A stretch of DNA of 64,000 nucleotides from Eledone cirrhosa (lineage: Eukaryota). This document shows positions 26,728 through 39,963 of the stretch, in pieces. The notes below the pieces were generated by a model. The model was not told where the DNA came from. It made no database searches and was given only the letters and a program-made list of their open reading frames with translations. The position numbers were made by a program, and so were the translations under genes. The first letter of the stretch is position 1; the number at the start of each line of letters is the position of its first letter. The stretch spans positions 262,570,001-262,634,000 of the forward strand of contig OZ024742.1 of NCBI GenBank assembly GCA_964016885.1, in the 5' to 3' direction.

Positions 26728-26728
<1 letters not shown>

Positions 26729-29700
26729 TCACACATGTATCTTTAGTGTTTAGACTTGTGATGTACTTATATTGACAGAATCTTCCTTAGTATATGGACA
26801 GTTCCCATTAGTACTATCTTTTGTATTTCTCCTATACGCGGGTTTCCTGGGATTTGCGATAAGTAATCATTAGACCCTTTAGGTATCATTCCCAGAGCGC
26901 CTACAACCACTGGTATTGTTTTAGTTCTCAATTTCCACATTTTTCCAATTTCTATCTCCAGGTCCTTATACTTGCTCAATTTTTCAAATGTTTTTATAGA
27001 TACATTCTTGTCTATTGGAACAGACATATCAATTAGCAGGAATACCCTCTTTTTAAAGTCCTTCAATATTATATCAGGTCTATTTGCATCTATTTTTCGG
27101 TCTGTTTGGATGCTAAAGTTCCACAAGATTGAGATGTGATCTTTTTCAAGTATGGGAGGTGGTTGATGCTCCCACCAATTCTTTTGATGGGGCAGGTCAA
27201 AATGCTTACACATTATCCAATGTATGTATTGTGCAGCTCTGTCATGCCTGTTTAGGTATTCGGTTGGAGCTATAGGACTGCACATTGAAATTATATGGTC
27301 AATGGTCTCTGGCTGTTTTTTGCATACACGGCATAATGGGCTGCATCCATTTTTTATTATGTTGGCTTGGTAATTTTTTGTTGGCAGACACTGATCTTGT
27401 GCTGATATAATCAGTCCTTCAGTCTCCGATTTCAGTCCAGAGGATGCCAACCACTGATGGGTTAAAGTTTTGTCAACATCAGGATTGTTAGCTCGCTCTG
27501 GGTATTTTCCATACAGAGGCTTTTCTTGCCATTTCTTAGCCAGTTTCTGTAGCAGTTCTTTCTTTGCAGTTACTTTTACCTGCTTTGCTTTTTCTGTGTT
27601 TTCCATTTCAGCAGTAAATGGGACTTCTGAAATTTGTAGTCCATTACTGTATCTTTGTGCATCTTTTGTAATGGAATATGATCTTTTGATGCTTTCGTGT
27701 TTCAAAACGAGTTTGATCATCCAATCATGTGATTCCCTTAGATATGTAGATAATCCAATTGTTGCAGTTTTCAACGCAATGTCTAACTGGATTAACCCAC
27801 GTCCTCCTTCTTTCCTAGGGAGATATATTCTATCTATATCTGCCTTAGGGTGATGCATTCTGTGCATGGTTAAGAATTTTCGAATTTTTGTATCGAGCCT
27901 ACGGATCTCTGTGCTTGACCAGTTGATGACATTTAACTGTAGGTTACTACTGGTATGGCAAGCGTGTTTATGGCATCGATCCTATTCCTTGCATTCAATT
28001 CCGTTCTTAAGATTGCTCTTACTCTGCGGTAACATTCCTTCCTTATCCTTTCCCTCATTGTCGAGTGCTTGATTCCGTCTCCTTCACAAACACCTAGATA
28101 TTTGTAAGTTTTTTCTTGATCAAGTTCTCTTATCACGTTCCCCCGATCAAGATTAATGTCTGAACTCTTCAGCAGCTTTCCTCTGGTGAACGTTGCTTTG
28201 GCGCATTTATCCAGTCCAAACTCCATTTTAATGTCATCACTGAACTGCTCCACAGTGGATAATAGCCCTTGCAATTGTTCATCATTTTTTGCAAATAGTT
28301 TCAGGTCATCCATGTAGAACAAGTGATTAATGGTTTTGTCATAGACTTTATATCCATGTTTTGTTTCATTGAGCATTTTACTTAATGGTATAAGTGCGAT
28401 GCCATTAAGTAAAGTGCGATGCAGAATAAAAGCGGTGATAAAGAGTCACCCTGAAAAATTCCACAATTAATATCAACTTCTCCAGCTTCCAGTGATTTTG
28501 TTTCACTATTCAAAAGGAGTGTCGTTTTCCATGTCTTCATACTGAATGACAAAAACCTCCTGACAACGGGGGATATTTTGAAAATCTCTAAACATTTTTC
28601 AATCCAACTGTGTGGCAAACTATCAAATGCTTTTTTATAATCTATCCAAGCAATCGATAGATTTTTGTGTCTATTATGACAATCTTCCAGTATCATTTTG
28701 TTAACCAGAAGCTGATCCTTACAGCCATATGAGCCTCGTTTACACCCTTTCTGCTCAATGGGAAATAGGTAATTTGTTATCAGGTGGTCATATGTGTATT
28801 CAGTTAGGACTGATGTTAACATTTTATACATTGTGGTCAAGCAAGTTATCGGTCTGTAATTTTTGGGATTGTTTGTCTCATCATTCTTCGGAAGCAGGAA
28901 TGTAATGCCGTTAACTAGCCATGCTGGTATCTTTTCTGGCTCCTTAACTATTTCATTGTAAAGTTGGGCTAACAGCTCATGAGACTCTGTGAAGGCATTT
29001 ATCCAAAAGTTTTGTATTTTGTCTTTTCCTGGGGATTTCCATTTGCTGGTTTTTCTTAGAGCCAAGCGCAACTGTTCAACTGTTATATTTTCCCATATTT
29101 GTTCCTCAGGGTGAGCTGTATCTTTCATTTGTTTGTCTATCCATGGGGCATGTATGTTATGAACTTTTTCTCCGGCCCAGATCTTTTCCCAGAATGTTTG
29201 CACTTCCTCCTTGGGTGGTATTGATTTAGCAGTTATTGTTGACTTACCAATTTTTCTGTAGAAGTTTCTTTGGTTGTTTTTGAACATATTATTGTCCTTA
29301 TAGAATCTAGATCGTTTTTCAAAGCGCCTTATACGAGCAGCTTTGGCCGACACTTTTTGCTTGATTATTTCTATCAGCATGTCTATGTCACATGTTGATT
29401 TTATACTGTACTTTTTTTTCAATTTTCTAAGTTTAGTTTGTTTAACATGTTCACCTACTTTATAGTTTGTTAAAATTTCTATGTCAGATCGGAGAAGGTT
29501 TATTTGGCGATTGATGTTCTCTTGCCAAGTAGATTTCTTGTGGGAATTCCTTTGTTTTTTCATCTTCACTCCACATAAGTGAGTGGTGACTTTAGCCGAT
29601 GCATAATAGAGATGATTTAAATCAGTAATGTTTAGTTTGTTTGTGATGATAATGTTTTTGAGAATTATGTTAGTCTTGTGTATTATCTTTTGGTTCTGTT

Positions 29701-30592
29701 TGGAGTTCTGGATCTTAGGGAGGGTGTCTCGTTGCCCCATGTCAGATTCTTTCATTTTCATCCATTCGATCATAATTTCATCCTTCAAGTTGGCAAGTTC
29801 ATTCTCATTCATTTCTTTATCATTTACGATCTCACTATTTTCATTTGGAGTTTCATCTTGAGCATGCACTCCCTCCACTTTTTCGACCCTTTCTTTAATT
29901 TGTTCTGTTGCCAGTGATTCCGCCCCAACCCTGGGATTCGAAGTGTTACAATTTACCTCGTTTTCACTGACACATGTTTCATTTTCCCTTCGCTGACTTT
30001 GTGCTAATAGCTTGATCTGATCAATTTCTATATCAGTTAGTAACTTTTTTCTTACAATATTTCTTCGTATATTGGCTAGTTTGTTACTGTCAATATAGCC
30101 TGTTTTCGGGATGTTTCTTTTTCCAGTTGATATATGTCTGTTCTGTATTCGATGTATTTGATGGGTAGTACATGGCAGTGTAGAAAGCCTCAAGGACTTC
30201 TTTATTATCTTCCCTTGACCATTTTTCTCTCTTTTTCTTTGGATTTCTTGGTGGTGAGCATGGAGGGCCAACAGTAGGAGTATTCCGGTTATGGGAGGTC
30301 TCCAGCTCCGAAGTGATGGGAAGGTTTGAACCATTAGCTGATTTTTCGACCCCAGTCTGGTTCCTCTCTGAGGGACGCGGCCCTTTTTTACCCGGGTGAC
30401 GGCCGATCCGGTATGAGATTTTATCATTAGACATTTACTTTATTTTGTCGCGTTTTATCCTTATCCGCCAAGGGGTAATTTCGTGTTACCACTTCTAGAA
30501 CGAGTGTCAACCAAGACTAGAGGGGTCGTTCTCCCCTAGAGACACGGCTATTCCCCGCCGGCCGCCATCCCGGTATTTCTTGGTCACGGGGT
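26728..30592 (-). mobile_element. Near full-length R4/Dong-like RLE retrotransposon (ORF about 30434-26767, few frameshifts)
   Basis: WKSPGKD, NYRPITCL, DYKKAFD, GIFQGDSLSP, FYMDDLKL, CRVC..DHIISMC, RHD, RPDII, KLSKYKDL. Confidence 0.95.
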
Positions 30593-31131
30593 TTTCTTTT
30601 TGTTGTTTTTTTTAAATTGTTATTATCATGAGTGGTTCCTTAATGTGAGCATTGCGTGGCTTAAGAATGAAATTATTAATAATTGTCTCCACTCCAGGCA
30701 CAAGGCCAGCAATCACCCAGTGCTACACCACCTACCCCATCACACTAAATATAACAGCCAGATAACGGCAATTTCACCACCACCACCACCAATCCCAGCA
30801 TCATAATAATAATTACTATTATTATTGTCTCAAGTTTTAACAAAATGTTTAATTCCAATTTTACGGGAATATGTCAACACAATATATATTAAATATACGC
30901 GACACAAACTTACAGATACTACATATCACAAAACTCAGTAACGACAACGCCACCGCCGCCACCACTCCATCCATCATTGCTACTACTATCCCATCACCGC
31001 CGCTATGTATGTTCTTTCTTGAACATGGCGGACCTTGTTGTCTCTTGGGGGTCACTGGTTGTGACTTGGTGATAACTCGTATGAACATAAAGCAAGATAA
31101 ATGCAACTGTAATGATAATAATAATAATAAT

Positions 31132-32281
31132 GATTTCTTTATTGGCCACAAGGACTGACATCAAGAAAAACATTACATACGGCACAGGACGGTACAGGAC
31201 GGTATGGTGTGGGTTTTGTGCGTGTAAATATGTTTATTATTTATATAAGAAAAGAAAAAAAGGACATAGAAACAGATATATATATAAACAATAAAAATGA
31301 AAATTGAAACAATGAAAAATTCCCCAATAGGGGGGAAACCTCCGAGGGTTACTCGTGGCGAAAACCACACAAAAGACCACGGCCACCCTGACCACCAGGG
31401 CAAGCGCCCTCTCTCAATTTTTCCATCTCTCAAACTACAGACGTATATTCAGAGTGGTCCCGTTCCCTCGGACCATTCTCGCTACATTCACCCACCTTTC
31501 AACAAACTTGCTAGAAAGCAGCACTTGCCTCTCCACCCTGATTTTCCTCTTCAAGTGAAACTTGAAAAAGTTAATTAGGGATTCGCCGAAGAGGAAAGTG
31601 TCTGTCTTTAACCCTTTTAACCTTGTCCACCACACAATGTCTTTCGCCATGGCCACCAGGCAGATGAAAACCGCCTGCCCTTCCTCCTCGAAGAAAGACG
31701 GCGAGACCATCTGCACAATGGACTCAGTCGACAACCGGATCAGCCCCACACGCGACAGCAACTGTTCGACATAGCTCCACAAGTTAGCAATGCTCGAGCA
31801 CTGAACGAGTGCGTGCACGACGGTTTCGTCGCTCTGCGCGCATCTCGGACAGGCTCGGCTGACGGCACTTCCGTGCCTGTAGAGCTTATCTCGAACGCGC
31901 AACGCTCCCCGGTAGCACTGCCAGACCAGGGATTTTTGGAAGTTATCCATAGGCCCCGGGCTGAAAGTTCTCCGGAAGAGAGCAAACAGCTGATCTTCTT
32001 CGACGCCCAGGATCTCTCCGAGAACGTCGTCGCTCTTCCCCTCCACTAGTCCTCTATAGAACGCCGAGGTGGATGTTCCACCGATACTGGTGCCCAGCTG
32101 GCAGAGGGCAGTGAACGCCTGGAGACATTCCAGTTTCCAAGCGCTATCTCTCGGTCTTTTTCTGACCCAGGACTGCAGCTCCGTGAAGGAGACGAGCTGT
32201 GGGAAAACGTGCCTGGCGAACGGCGACCACACCTGTTCACCGTCAAGGATGCACCAGAGATGTCGCACCCTCAGCGCATGT
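31132..32281 (-). mobile_element. 5'-truncated Tx1/L1-clade LINE 3' end
   Basis: ORF 31435-32313 matches the ORF2 C-terminus of the intact copy; AATAAA and (ATT)n tail at 31115-31131. Confidence 0.92.
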
Positions 32282-32459
32282 TTGTGCGCAACTATAACAA
32301 TATCACCTCTCAATCAACAACAACAATGACCATAACTATACTGTTATAATAGTAATAATGATCTCAGTGCCAGCCAGAAAATGCACTACCCAAAGAGCCG
32401 GGCAACTTTCCATGTACGTCCAATACCATGCGTAACGCAAGCATGTACTGCGAGATGAA

Positions 32460-35400
32460 GAAATAAAAGTTAATACACAATACCAAATCGCTTTTCCTAT
32501 GGTTAATCAGGAAGCGTGTCCCTCAGGAAGGTGCCAACCTGAGATCGAAAAATCCTCCTCTGGCACAAACTCTTCTCCAATTATGGACCTGGATGGTCAC
32601 TTGATCGGGGATTGCCCCAACTCGAGCCCTCCAGATCCACCACCCAAACCACCTCAAAAAGAAAAACCTAAAAGGATGAAATGGACCCGAGAAGAGTATA
32701 AAGAAGTAATATTTGCATATTACTATGCAATAGGTAAGCCATCACAAGACAGACACACTTTAAACTCCTACAAAATCTGGAAAACTCGGAATCAAGCTAG
32801 CAGACGTGATATGGATGGAAATAAGTTGGCAAATGTAAGGTGGTATATCTTCAGAAATAATAGATTCACAGACACTGAACTAACTGTGATCAAGCAGGCT
32901 GCGGAGAATGACATAAATATAAATGATGAAAGAACTGAAGAATCTCCTGGAGATAGTAAACAGTTACAAGTCTTTACTGAAAGACATCCATCTGACCAAA
33001 TCACAAATAGGTTTGTAGAAATGAGAAGCCCTATTGAACCCGCTGAAAATAGCCAGGAGAGGGACTTAGAAACAGTAATTGAAAACCAAACATCTGCTGA
33101 AGAACACAGGGAGACTATGAAGGAATTAAAGCAAAACATACTGAATGAGCTTGCAGTAGTAAGACATTCTAGTATAAATGATAGAGAACCACTTCAAAAA
33201 CTCCCAGATACAATCCAAAATAGAAAACAAATAATGATTGGTAATTCTGTGACAAAAGAAATCATAGAAGAACTAGAACCTGATCTTACTGAGTTAAATG
33301 AAATCATTTATGCGTCTGCTAGAGTAATTGAAACAAGTTGTTTACCACAAAACCCCCAAAAAAGTCGAACCTTCGAGGTAAACCAATTTGGAGGAGTAGA
33401 ATCGAAAAGGAGATTGATGTAATGAGAGGAGAAATATCTTTATTGAGTGAGTTAACCGCTGGAAATGATATAAGATCCAGGAAGGTAAGAAAGCTAAAGA
33501 GAAAATATGGACTGTCTTCAACAAAAGAATCTCTGAAACAAAAAGCCCAACGAATTCGTAAATTCAGAAGCGAAACAACTACAGGCAAAATAAGTTGTTC
33601 TTATCCAATGCCAAGTTATTTTATAGAGAAGTAGGGAAGAAGTTGAAAACTTCTGGAGTAAGATTTGGAGTGATGAGAAGACATATAATGCTAATGTAGA
33701 TTGGATTAGTCGCCTGGAAACATCCTACACAAATTTAGAAGAACAGGCGTGGGTAGACATCTCTATAGCGGACTTAAGGACAGTACTCAATAAATCTCAT
33801 AAATGGAAATCTCCTGGTAGAGACAGGGTGCCAAATTTCTGGCTTTCCTCACTCCCGTGCACTCACAATATATTGGTCAAGCTGTTTAATGGAATTATGA
33901 AAGATCAAAAAAATACACCTGATTGGATAGCAAGTGGCATTACCTACCTTCTACCAAAGAACAACGAAACCAAAGATCCAAAAAACTATCGGCCCATAAC
34001 CCGCTTGTCCACCACTTATAAACTATTAACCTCTATTCTCATGGAAAAAGCATACGTATATTTGAAGGAGAACAATCTTTTCCCCATTGAACAAAAAGGG
34101 TGCCGACGAGGTTCATATGGTTGCAAAGATCAACTTTTGATTAATCGTAGATCCTTGAAAACTGTCATAATAAACACAAAAATTTCAGTTCTGCATCGAT
34201 CGATTATAAAAAAGCCTTTGACAGCATACCACATTGATGGATTCTGAAACCACTGGACATCTTCAAGATCTCACCTGTGATCTCAAACTTCCTGAAACAC
34301 AATATGTCATTATGGAACACAAATCTCCAATTGTCTCATTCCACTGGGGTACTGTGCTCTAGGAATATAAACATCAACTGTGGTATATTCGAGGGCGACT
34401 CACTATCACCCTTGCTTTTCTGCAAGCTTTAATACCCCTTACATCCGAACTTAATAGAACAGGGTACGGTTATAGAATTGACAACAAAAAAATAAGCCAC
34501 CTATTTTATATGGATGATTTGAAGCTATATTGCAAAGATAATGACGAACTGGAGGGCCTTTTGCGGACAGTAAAAACGTTTAGCGCTGACATCAGGATGG
34601 AGTTTGGACTTGACAAGTGTGCAAAAGCCACTTTCAAGAAGGAGAAGATTGTCAACTCAGACTCAGTTGAATTGGTTGCTGAAACAATCATAAAAAAACT
34701 TGAGCAGGAACAAACCTATAAATACTTAGGGATTAATGAGGGCTCTGGCATACAGCATGCAAGTATGAAAGAGAGGATAAGGAAAGAATGTTACAGGAGA
34801 GTACGTGCAGTTCTGAGATCAGAACTAAACGGTCGTAACAAGGTGCTAGCCATAAATTCCTTGACAGTCCCAGTTGTCACTTATAGCTTTGGTGTGTTGA
34901 ACTGGAATATCAGTGAAATCAAAAGAATCGACACCAAAGTCAGTAAGCTACTAACCTGTAATAGGATGCACCACCCAAAAGCAGATGTGAATCGTCTTTA
35001 CCTTCCTAGAACTCAAGGAGGCCGTGGCCTGATCCAATTTGAACTTGCTTACAAGACCACCATCATTGGACTGGCCAAATACCTTGAAACAACTAACGAC
35101 TGTATGCTGAAACTTGTTGAAAAGCATGAGAGAAGTAAGAAGCTTCGTTCTATCTTGAAGGAGAGCAAAACACATGCTACTGATCTCATGCTTGATACCC
35201 AGGCTGGACAGACTAAAGAAACTGTTGCAACTGATGCTGCTAGGCACATAAAATCACTGGCAAAAGCAAAAGGGCAAGGACAATTAGCATCAAATTGGGA
35301 GTAGAAACCTCTGCATGGCAAATATGTGGCCCGTAGCAAACAAGCTGATGTTGACCAAAAGCACACCCATCAGTGGCTACGTAGTTCAGGGCTAAAGGCG

Positions 35401-36245
35401 GAGAGTGAAGGCTTCATCTTAGCTGCCCAAGATCAAAGCTTATTGACTCATAATTACTAGGCCAATGTGATGAGAAACGGAATAAACCCAAAGTGCCGAT
35501 TCTGCAATGCTGAGGTTGAAACAGTGGATCACTTAGTCTCTGGATGTAAAGTTTTAGCACCAGTAGAATACAAAAATAGACATGACAGAGTTGGTCAATA
35601 TCTACACTGGGTAATATGTCGGCATTACAAAATCAAAGCTGAAGACAAGTGGTACAATCATCACCCTGAGGCTGTAACTGAAGGAGAAAAAGTAACAATT
35701 CTCTGGGACTTTCCTGTACATACTGACAGGACCATAAAAGCAAATAGACCTGACATCATTGTAAAAGATCAACATAATAAGGTCTGTTTATTGATAGATA
35801 TAAGCATCCCATGTCATCACAATATCGCGGCAAAAGAATTTGACAAGTTAAGAAAATATAAAGATCTGCTTTTTGAAATTGAGAAAATGTGACACCTCAA
35901 AGCCGTTACAATACCAGTGATTGTGGGAGGACTGGGAATGATCAAGAAAGGAACAGAACAATATTTGCGAATGATTCCTGGTTTACCCTCTCTTTACGAG
36001 GTGCAAAAAATTGTTTTGACTGGTACTGCACACGTGTTGAGAAGAGCACTATCTCTGTAAGATTGATATCCCTCCTTGTAATATACATATGCATATGCAC
36101 ATGTGTATATATGTATACTGTCTGTTTTTATGTGTTTTTTTTATTATAATCAATGTGCTGTATTAACTGGCTTACCAATGCACACTGTGAATTAATTTGA
36201 CGGCATATATCTCAGAAACAATAATGAAAGAAAATAAAAATGGTG
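32460..36245 (+). mobile_element. Near full-length degenerate R4/Dong-like retrotransposon (ORF about 32499-36060)
   Basis: KWTREEY N-terminal motif, NYRPIT, YMDDLKL, CRFC..DHLVSGC, RHD, RPDII; many stops. Confidence 0.93.
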
Positions 36246-36514
36246 ATAATAATAATAATAATGATTTCATTTATTGGCCACAAGGGCCGACATATAGGGG
36301 ACAACACAATAGACAGGGACAGTGGGGGTTTACATAGAGATCGAGTAAGTATAAATAACAAAAAACAAAATAACAATAAAAATACAACAATGAAAGTTCC
36401 CCAATAAGAGGGATCACCACCCAGGGTTGACTCAAGCACCCCACCAGTCCTGAGTCACCCGACGCTCCTAGGGCACCCGGGAAGGGCACCCCTCTCCTTC
36501 TCGAATTCACCAGC

Positions 36515-39500
36515 CTACAGGCGCATGATCAGAGTAGGCCCACTCACGCGGGCCATTCTCGCCACATTCACCCACCTTTCAGTAAATGTACTGGGGGGCA
36601 GCACTTCTCTCTCCACCCTCACCTTCCTTTCCAAGTGAAACTTGAAGAAGTTGATGAGGGATTGGCCGAAGAGAAAAGTGTCTGTCTTCAGTCCTTTCAA
36701 CCTGGTCCACCATGCAACCTCTTTCGCTACTGCCACCAGGCAGAGGAAAATTGCCTGCCCTTCCTGACCAAAAGAAGGCGGCGGGTCAATCTTCACTATG
36801 GACTCGGACGATAGCCGGATCCGTTCTACACGCGACAATAGCTGTTCGACATAACCCCACAAGTCAGCAATGCACGGACACTGGACGAGTGCGTGCAGAA
36901 CGGTTTCGTCGCTCTGCGCGCATCTCGGGCAGGTTCGTCTGACAGCACTTCCGTGCCTGTAGAGTTTATCCCGAACCGGCAGCGCCCCCCGGTAGCACTG
37001 CCAAGCGAGGGATTTCTGGAAGTTATCCATCGTCCCCGGCTCGAAAGTCCTCCGGAACATACTGGTCAGTTCTACTTCGTTGACGCCCAGAGCCTCTCCT
37101 AGTACGTCATCGCACTTGCCCTCCACTAATCCTCTATAGAAATCTTGAGTGGAAGTTCCACTGACCGCATTGCCCACCTTGCAGAGTGCAGTGAGCGCCT
37201 GGCAACATTCCAGATGCCAGTCGCCCAGTCTCGGTCTCTTCTTGACCCAGGACTGCAGCTCAGTCAAAGAGATGAGCTGCGGAAAGGCCCGTCTAACAAA
37301 CGGCGACCACACCTGTTCACCGTTTAGGCAAAATATCTGGAGATGTCGCAGCCTCAGCGCATGTCTGCGCATCATTAGCCACGGCATGCCCAGCCCTCCA
37401 CGAAGAGGGTGCTGGCAGCAGATGGACCGCCTCACCAACGGGACCCGTCCCCTCCACAAAAATTTGAAAAGGAGCCGTTCCAAATTGGCGAGGCGTGGAC
37501 GGGGGCAAGGCACGACGGTCAGGCGGTAGTAGATGACGGACGCGATGTACGCGTTCGCCACCTCCGCCCGCCCTTTCAGTGATAGCTTTCTCTCAGCCCA
37601 TTTCTGGGTGAGGTTGGCTATCCTGCTCGTCACCTCGTCCCAATTCTTATCCACCTGGAGGTCTGGTCCGAACCAAACCCCGAGCAACTTTACCGGTCCG
37701 TCTGTCCAGCGCCCAACGACGCTGTTGGACGGCATGGACTTGCCTCTCCAGGTGCCGAGCTGCAAGCCCACCGACTTTTCCGGGTTAAGTTTTGCTCCCG
37801 TCAACCTTTCATATTCCTCCAAATGGGTGCGGATCACCTCGATTTCCGAGGTGTCCGACACCATCACGGTGATGTCGTCCGCATAAGCGGACGCAGCCTT
37901 TCTACGTCCCGGTTCGAGCGGGATGCCCTGCAACAACTCCAGCTTCCGCAGTAGAGGCTCAAGAGTCAATACGTACAGAAGTGAGGAGAGAGGGCACCCT
38001 TGACGGACCGATCGAGAGATCTGAAACGGTTCCGAGAGGTGGCCATTAACTTTGACCACCGAGCGGATGCCGCTGTACATTGCAGCGATCCAGCTTCTGA
38101 AGACGGGGCCGAAGCCAGCCGCCTCGAGGACAGCCTCCAAGTACCGATGGTCGACCCTATCGAATGCTTTCGATTGATCTAAATTGATCAGAGCCCCACC
38201 GAAGCCAGGTTTGCACCCAACCCTCTCTATGATGTATCGCATGAGGTGGAGGTTGTCGTGTATGGACCTGGTCGGGATTGCGCAAGTTTGCGCCTCCCCA
38301 ACCAAATCTTTGACGACAAGCGCCAACCTTTTCGCTAACACCTTGGCCAAAATCTTAAACTCTGTGTTGAGCAGGGTTATGGGCCTGAAATTATCTAGTG
38401 TGTCCCTCTTGTTCTCGTCTTTCCTTATCAGCGTCACTACGCCACGGCTCACAGAACTGGGAATGCTCCCGTTCTGCTGCCAGTTGCAGTAGAGCGCTTC
38501 GAGGAGATCGGAGAACAAGTCTGGCATATTTACGTAAAGCTCGTAGGGCAGACCATCCAAACCGGGTGACTTGCGACTCGAGCAGCCGACAAGGGCGTCC
38601 TGAATTTCGGCTGATGTTATCGGCTCTTCGCAGCGCTCAGCGTCGGCCGTCGAGAGGCGTGGCAAGCCGTCGAGGTAGGGACTGAAGTCCGCCGCCGTCT
38701 CCGACTCACCCATCCTCCCGAACAATCGAGCAAAGTGCTGGCGAAAGGCCTCACACATCTGCTTGGAATCGCTCAGTTCGTGTCCATCTCGATCCGTCAA
38801 AGACCGAATTGTGGTTTTATTTCCACGCTGCGTCTCTGCAAAGCGAGCCCATCGGGCAGCTTTGGTTCCCTCGTTCCTCAGAGCACGCGCCTTAGCTCTG
38901 ACAATGCAACCTTCGTGTTTCGCATTGAAGAAATGGTCTAGTGCCATTCTCGCCGCTAGCACGTCTGTTGCAATGCCACTACAAATAGCCTCGTCTAACT
39001 TAGCTATCAGCCCCTCCTCCTTTCTATTTTTCTCTATTGCTACTTCTTTGCTAAATCCTATCGAGGTTGCTCTAATCTCTCTTTTGAGTGCCCCCCACCA
39101 CCTGTTGTTGACAACCCCCCCTGTCAACTTTTGCTTAACTAAGTTGTTGACCCGGTCCCTGTAAGCTTTACGTGCCGGAAACGACATGTTTAGCTTCCAG
39201 TAGCTAGGTCCTAACCTACGTGTCTTATCTAGGTCGACCATACAGATCACAAGCTTGTGATCTGAATAGGCAACCGTTTTAAAATGTGGACATCCTACAC
39301 TATTTCTATCTCTTTTCCTAATGAAAATCCTATCTATGTACGATCTAGATGACCCTATGCGATTGGTCCAGGTCCATACTGGCGCATTAGGGAAATCTAG
39401 TCGGTACCTGTCAGACAGTTGAAACTGGCTGATCAGGTACTTGAGGCTTTTGCACCCCCCGCTCCTATCAGATACTCCCACACAATCCCAGCGTGCTTCT

Positions 39501-39934
39501 AAGATGCCATTCCAATCCCCTATTAACAGTAAAGGGCGAGACGTAAGCAGAAAGTTTTCCAGGCGCCTAAAGAAGTCCGGCCGACCGGCCCCAGTAGGGG
39601 CGTAGACGGCCACCAGTCTAAAGGCACCACCTTCGCTATTGCTCACGTCCAGGACCACCAACTTTCCGTCAGGATCCCGGAAGATTGACCTTACCTCGAG
39701 ATCCAGACATTTCCTAAACAGCACAGCCACTCCACCTCCCATTCCCGGCCGACTAACAGATGCAAAGATCTGATAATCGTCGAAAATCGGCGCCAGTGCG
39801 CGTGTGTCGGAAATTCTGGTCTCGCTGATGGCAATTACATCCATTCCTAGTGACCTGAGGTCGTTGAGCAAGTGACCTTGCTTCCAGGGCGACCCCAGGC
39901 CACGAACATTTAAACTTCCTACTCTTATGGCCAT
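36515..39934 (-). CDS. ORF2p: APE endonuclease, reverse transcriptase and C-terminal zinc finger (1139 aa)
   Basis: SLNVRGL, ISET, YAP, GDWN, SYIDR, YSDH; PGLDG, FRPITLLN, DQSKAFD, RQGCPLS, YADD; CPRC..ETVLHALVQC. Confidence 0.97.
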   Translation of the reverse strand: MAIRVGSLNVRGLGSPWKQGHLLNDLRSLGMDVIAISETRISDTRALAPIFDDYQIFASVSRPGMGGGVAVLFRKCLDLEVRSIFRDPDGKLVVLDVSNSEGGAFRLVAVYAPTGAGRPDFFRRLENFLLTSRPLLLIGDWNGILEARWDCVGVSDRSGGCKSLKYLISQFQLSDRYRLDFPNAPVWTWTNRIGSSRSYIDRIFIRKRDRNSVGCPHFKTVAYSDHKLVICMVDLDKTRRLGPSYWKLNMSFPARKAYRDRVNNLVKQKLTGGVVNNRWWGALKREIRATSIGFSKEVAIEKNRKEEGLIAKLDEAICSGIATDVLAARMALDHFFNAKHEGCIVRAKARALRNEGTKAARWARFAETQRGNKTTIRSLTDRDGHELSDSKQMCEAFRQHFARLFGRMGESETAADFSPYLDGLPRLSTADAERCEEPITSAEIQDALVGCSSRKSPGLDGLPYELYVNMPDLFSDLLEALYCNWQQNGSIPSSVSRGVVTLIRKDENKRDTLDNFRPITLLNTEFKILAKVLAKRLALVVKDLVGEAQTCAIPTRSIHDNLHLMRYIIERVGCKPGFGGALINLDQSKAFDRVDHRYLEAVLEAAGFGPVFRSWIAAMYSGIRSVVKVNGHLSEPFQISRSVRQGCPLSSLLYVLTLEPLLRKLELLQGIPLEPGRRKAASAYADDITVMVSDTSEIEVIRTHLEEYERLTGAKLNPEKSVGLQLGTWRGKSMPSNSVVGRWTDGPVKLLGVWFGPDLQVDKNWDEVTSRIANLTQKWAERKLSLKGRAEVANAYIASVIYYRLTVVPCPRPRLANLERLLFKFLWRGRVPLVRRSICCQHPLRGGLGMPWLMMRRHALRLRHLQIFCLNGEQVWSPFVRRAFPQLISLTELQSWVKKRPRLGDWHLECCQALTALCKVGNAVSGTSTQDFYRGLVEGKCDDVLGEALGVNEVELTSMFRRTFEPGTMDNFQKSLAWQCYRGALPVRDKLYRHGSAVRRTCPRCAQSDETVLHALVQCPCIADLWGYVEQLLSRVERIRLSSESIVKIDPPPSFGQEGQAIFLCLVAVAKEVAWWTRLKGLKTDTFLFGQSLINFFKFHLERKVRVEREVLPPSTFTERWVNVARMARVSGPTLIMRL

Positions 39935-39963
39935 GCTGGCAGGATGAATGGGAGAGGAAAGGT

